From Aulosira sp. ZfuVER01 (GTDB lineage Bacteria > Cyanobacteriota > Cyanobacteriia > Cyanobacteriales > Nostocaceae), in the NCBI GenBank assembly GCA_034530615.2, contig JAVRCV020000046.1:54530-118529 (forward strand): 64,000 nt of DNA. Direction: 5' to 3'. The position numbers and the translations under genes were made by a program. Every line of letters starts with the position of its first letter. Position 1 is the first letter of the stretch. The notes beneath the pieces were generated by a model that was not told the origin of the DNA, searched no databases, and was given only the letters and a program-made list of their open reading frames with translations. This document shows, piece after piece, positions 61,125 through 64,000 of the stretch.

Positions 61125-63242
61125 ATGAGCCAAAATTCTCATATTCAGAGTGAGTTCCAGCAAGACGATCTGTACTGCTCGTTTTTGGAACACCTGCCAA
61201 TTGCAGCTGCGATTTTAGACCGCGAAATGAAGTATTTGCTGACCAGCCAACGATGGTTGAGTGAGCTAGGCTTGGAGGGGCAAGATATTATTGGGCGATC
61301 GCATTCAGAGGTATTTCCACAGTTCTATGAACCATTGGCAGAGGCATATCAGTACTGTCTGATGGCAGCGGTTGGATTGTGTCTAGAGGAGCAATTTCAG
61401 CAGATTGATGGTTTAACAGGTTGGCGTCAGTGGATGCTTCACCCCTGGTACAGCAGTGCGGGGGTTGTGAACGGGGTGATACTTGTAAGTGAAGATGTTA
61501 CACAACGCAAACAGGCAGAACTGGCATTACGCCAGGAACACAAACAAGCCGAAGAAGCTATGTTTCGCCTAGCGGCAATTGTCGAGTCCTCGGAAGATGC
61601 GATTATGAGCAAAACCTTGGAAAGCATAATTGTCAGCTGGAATCATGGGTCAGAAGCACTGTTTGGTTACACAGCACAAGAAGCGATTGGTCAATGTGTA
61701 ACAATACTAATTCCAGGCGATCGCATCAATGAAGAAGCTCAAATAATTGAGAAACTCAAGCGCGGAGAACGGGTTGAGCACTTTGAGACTGTGCGCCAAC
61801 GCAAGGATGGATCTTTAATTGATATTTCGCTGAGTATTTCTCCAGTCAAAGATGCCACAGGCAAAATCATTGCTGCTTCCACAATTGCTCGTGATATCGG
61901 TGCGCGTAAACAAGCCGAAGAAGCTATGTCTCGCCTAGCAGCAATTGTCGAGTCTTCGGAGGATGCCATTATCAGCAAAACTTTAGATGGAGTGATTATT
62001 AGCTGGAATCGTGGAGCAGAAACACTATTTGGCTACACAGCACAAGAAGCGATTGGTCAACCGATGGTAATGCTTGTCCCTAGCGATCGCATCAATGAGG
62101 AACCCCAAATTCTGGAAAAACTCAAGCGCGGAGAACGGGTCGATCATTTTGAGACCGTGCGCCAACGCAAGGATGGATCTTTAATTGATATTTCGCTGAC
62201 GATTTCTCCAGTGAAAGATTCCACAGGCAAAATCATCGGTGCTTCTAAAATTGCTCGCGATATTAGCATTCGCAAACAAGCCGAAGCCGCTTTGCAAGAG
62301 TCAGAAGTCCAGTTGCGGCAGAAAGCAGCCGATTTGGAAACTACCCTACTTGAACTGAAGCGAACGCAAACTCAGCTAGTGCAAAATGAGAAAATGTCTA
62401 GTTTGGGGCAGTTAGTGGCAGGGATAGCTCATGAAATCAATAACCCAGTGAACTTTATCTATGCCAACTTCAACCCTGCTAATGAGTACATTCAAGATCT
62501 ACTAGGACTACTGCAATTATATCAACAGCATTATCCCAACCCGGCACCAGAAATCCAGAACAAAAGTAAGAAGATTGACCTAGATTTTTTGGTAAAAGAT
62601 TTGCCCAAGTTGCTCTCTTCAATGGAAGTTGGTGCAGATCGGATTAAAAAGATTGTACTCTCTTTACGGAACTTCTCCCGGATGGACGAAGCCGATATGA
62701 AAGCGGTCAATATTCATGAGGGCATTGATAATACACTGATGATCTTACAGAATCGGCTAAAAGCCAAGCAAGATCGTCCAGAAATTGAAGTTATTAAACA
62801 ATATGACAACCTGCCATTAGTTGAGTGTTACGCCGGACAACTCAACCAAGTATTTATGAACATTATTAGCAATGCAATAGATGCCCTCGAAGACCCAGAC
62901 CAATCACGCACGTTTGGGGAAATTAAACGACAGTCCTGCCAAATTCGGATTTGTACAGAGATGGTAAGTTCAGACCGCGTACAGATTCGGATTTTGGATA
63001 ATGGTTGCGGTATGCCAGAATCGGTTCAAAAGCGTTTGTGTGACCCATTCTTTACGACTAAGCCAGTTGGCAAGGGGACAGGATTGGGAATGTCGATCAG
63101 CTACCAGATTGTCACTGAGAAGCATGGTGGTTCATTGTCGTGGAATTCAATACCCGGTCAAGGAACCGAGTTTGCGATCGCAATTCCGATTCGACAGTCT
63201 AAGCAGACAGCCTGTAAAGCAGGAGAAACGCATCTTAGTTGA
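61125..63242 (+). CDS. PAS-PAS-PAS sensor histidine kinase
   Basis: AAIVESSEDAI PAS repeats, GIAHEINNP H-box, NAIDA, DNGCG, FFTTK..GKGTGLG; start uncertain. Confidence 0.92.
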   Translation: MSQNSHIQSEFQQDDLYCSFLEHLPIAAAILDREMKYLLTSQRWLSELGLEGQDIIGRSHSEVFPQFYEPLAEAYQYCLMAAVGLCLEEQFQQIDGLTGWRQWMLHPWYSSAGVVNGVILVSEDVTQRKQAELALRQEHKQAEEAMFRLAAIVESSEDAIMSKTLESIIVSWNHGSEALFGYTAQEAIGQCVTILIPGDRINEEAQIIEKLKRGERVEHFETVRQRKDGSLIDISLSISPVKDATGKIIAASTIARDIGARKQAEEAMSRLAAIVESSEDAIISKTLDGVIISWNRGAETLFGYTAQEAIGQPMVMLVPSDRINEEPQILEKLKRGERVDHFETVRQRKDGSLIDISLTISPVKDSTGKIIGASKIARDISIRKQAEAALQESEVQLRQKAADLETTLLELKRTQTQLVQNEKMSSLGQLVAGIAHEINNPVNFIYANFNPANEYIQDLLGLLQLYQQHYPNPAPEIQNKSKKIDLDFLVKDLPKLLSSMEVGADRIKKIVLSLRNFSRMDEADMKAVNIHEGIDNTLMILQNRLKAKQDRPEIEVIKQYDNLPLVECYAGQLNQVFMNIISNAIDALEDPDQSRTFGEIKRQSCQIRICTEMVSSDRVQIRILDNGCGMPESVQKRLCDPFFTTKPVGKGTGLGMSISYQIVTEKHGGSLSWNSIPGQGTEFAIAIPIRQSKQTACKAGETHLS

Positions 63243-63381
63243 GTGACAAAACAGGGACAAGTAGCACATCCTCAGAAATACGATCGCTCTTTGACTAACC
63301 AAATGTGATGAATGAAATTTTCAGATGCAGCCAGCATCTTTGCTACCATCTTATATAGAAAAGCACATATTACTATTAATT

Positions 63382-63678
63382 ATGGAGCAAGTTACATTAC
63401 CAGATATTCTCACCCTTGAAGAAGTTTCAGAATACTTACGCTTACCTGCGGAAATAGTGCTGCGTCAAGCCTTACAAGGAAATCTTCCAGGGCGTAAGAT
63501 TGAGCATGAATGGAGATTCTTAAAAGTAGCAATAGATGACTGGTTGCGTTATCAAAGTAGCAGTTCTATCCTTCTTCAACAAGCAGGTGCTTTAGCTGAT
63601 GATGATTCACTGACAGAATTGAGAGCAACAATCTATCAGGCTAGGGGACGTTCCGAAGTCGATGAAAATTTTGTATAG
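63382..63678 (+). CDS. Excisionase-like helix-turn-helix protein (putative antitoxin)
   Basis: ILTLEEVSEYLRL...LPGRKI..EWRF; directly upstream of a PIN gene. Confidence 0.8.
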   Translation: MEQVTLPDILTLEEVSEYLRLPAEIVLRQALQGNLPGRKIEHEWRFLKVAIDDWLRYQSSSSILLQQAGALADDDSLTELRATIYQARGRSEVDENFV

Positions 63679-63681
63679 ATA

Positions 63682-63972
63682 ATGCATTTGCTTGATACTG
63701 ACACACTAACCCATCTTTATGCAGGAAACCCGAATGTAGTTGAGCGATTAAAAGCTGTTGGAGATCCAGAGGTGGGAATTACCATCATTACCAAAGCTGA
63801 AGTATTACGTGGACGCATTGATTATCTTCTCAAAGCTGAAACAGGGGAAAATTTACTGAAAGCTCAAGAACTTCTATTTCGTACAGAAGAATTATTACGG
63901 CAGCTTTTGATTATCCCAATTAGTCAAGTCGCATCAGATGAATTTATATCATGTTCGGAAAATGACTTATGA
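63682..63972 (+). pseudogene. vapC: PIN-domain (VapC-like) toxin, C-terminally truncated
   Basis: HLLDTD, ITKAEVLRG; ends at 96 aa without the later D..IA and TxNxxDF motifs. Confidence 0.7.
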
Positions 63973-64000
63973 TTAAGCTCCGATTTTAATCCACCAATGA

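Overview
AT-rich chromosome segment of a heterocyst-forming cyanobacterium (Nostocales-like: frequent HIP1 GCGATCGC sites, heptameric STRR repeats, nifH, psbA). Left to right: a small minus-strand cluster of one intact and two aberrant tRNA-like genes; a stand-alone nifH; an rbp/rpsU cold-shock-type cluster with shared 5' leaders; psbA; a long Argonaute operon with an intact catalytic tetrad, coupled to a Cas4-like PD-(D/E)XK nuclease and facing an HTH-IrrE plus IrrE regulator pair; housekeeping genes (bcp, hpf, lipB, 2-oxoglutarate decarboxylase/SSADH, cyaD, kinase); a P-loop ATPase pair; a complete type I-D CRISPR-Cas locus (WYL, cas3-cas10d/cas11d-cas7-cas5-cas6-cas4-cas1-cas2, 15 repeats); tandem TPR paralogs; an OLD-family nuclease; TA-like modules and more core genes. 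The most striking observation is a degenerate, oppositely oriented CRISPR mini-array upstream of cas3. Its first spacer matches a GTA-PAM-flanked site about 100 bp away, with mismatches at positions 6, 7, 12 and 18, between two divergent promoter-like elements. This is a candidate Cascade-guided autoregulatory or CRISPR-repressed toxin circuit. All family calls come from motif recognition by eye; no searches were run.
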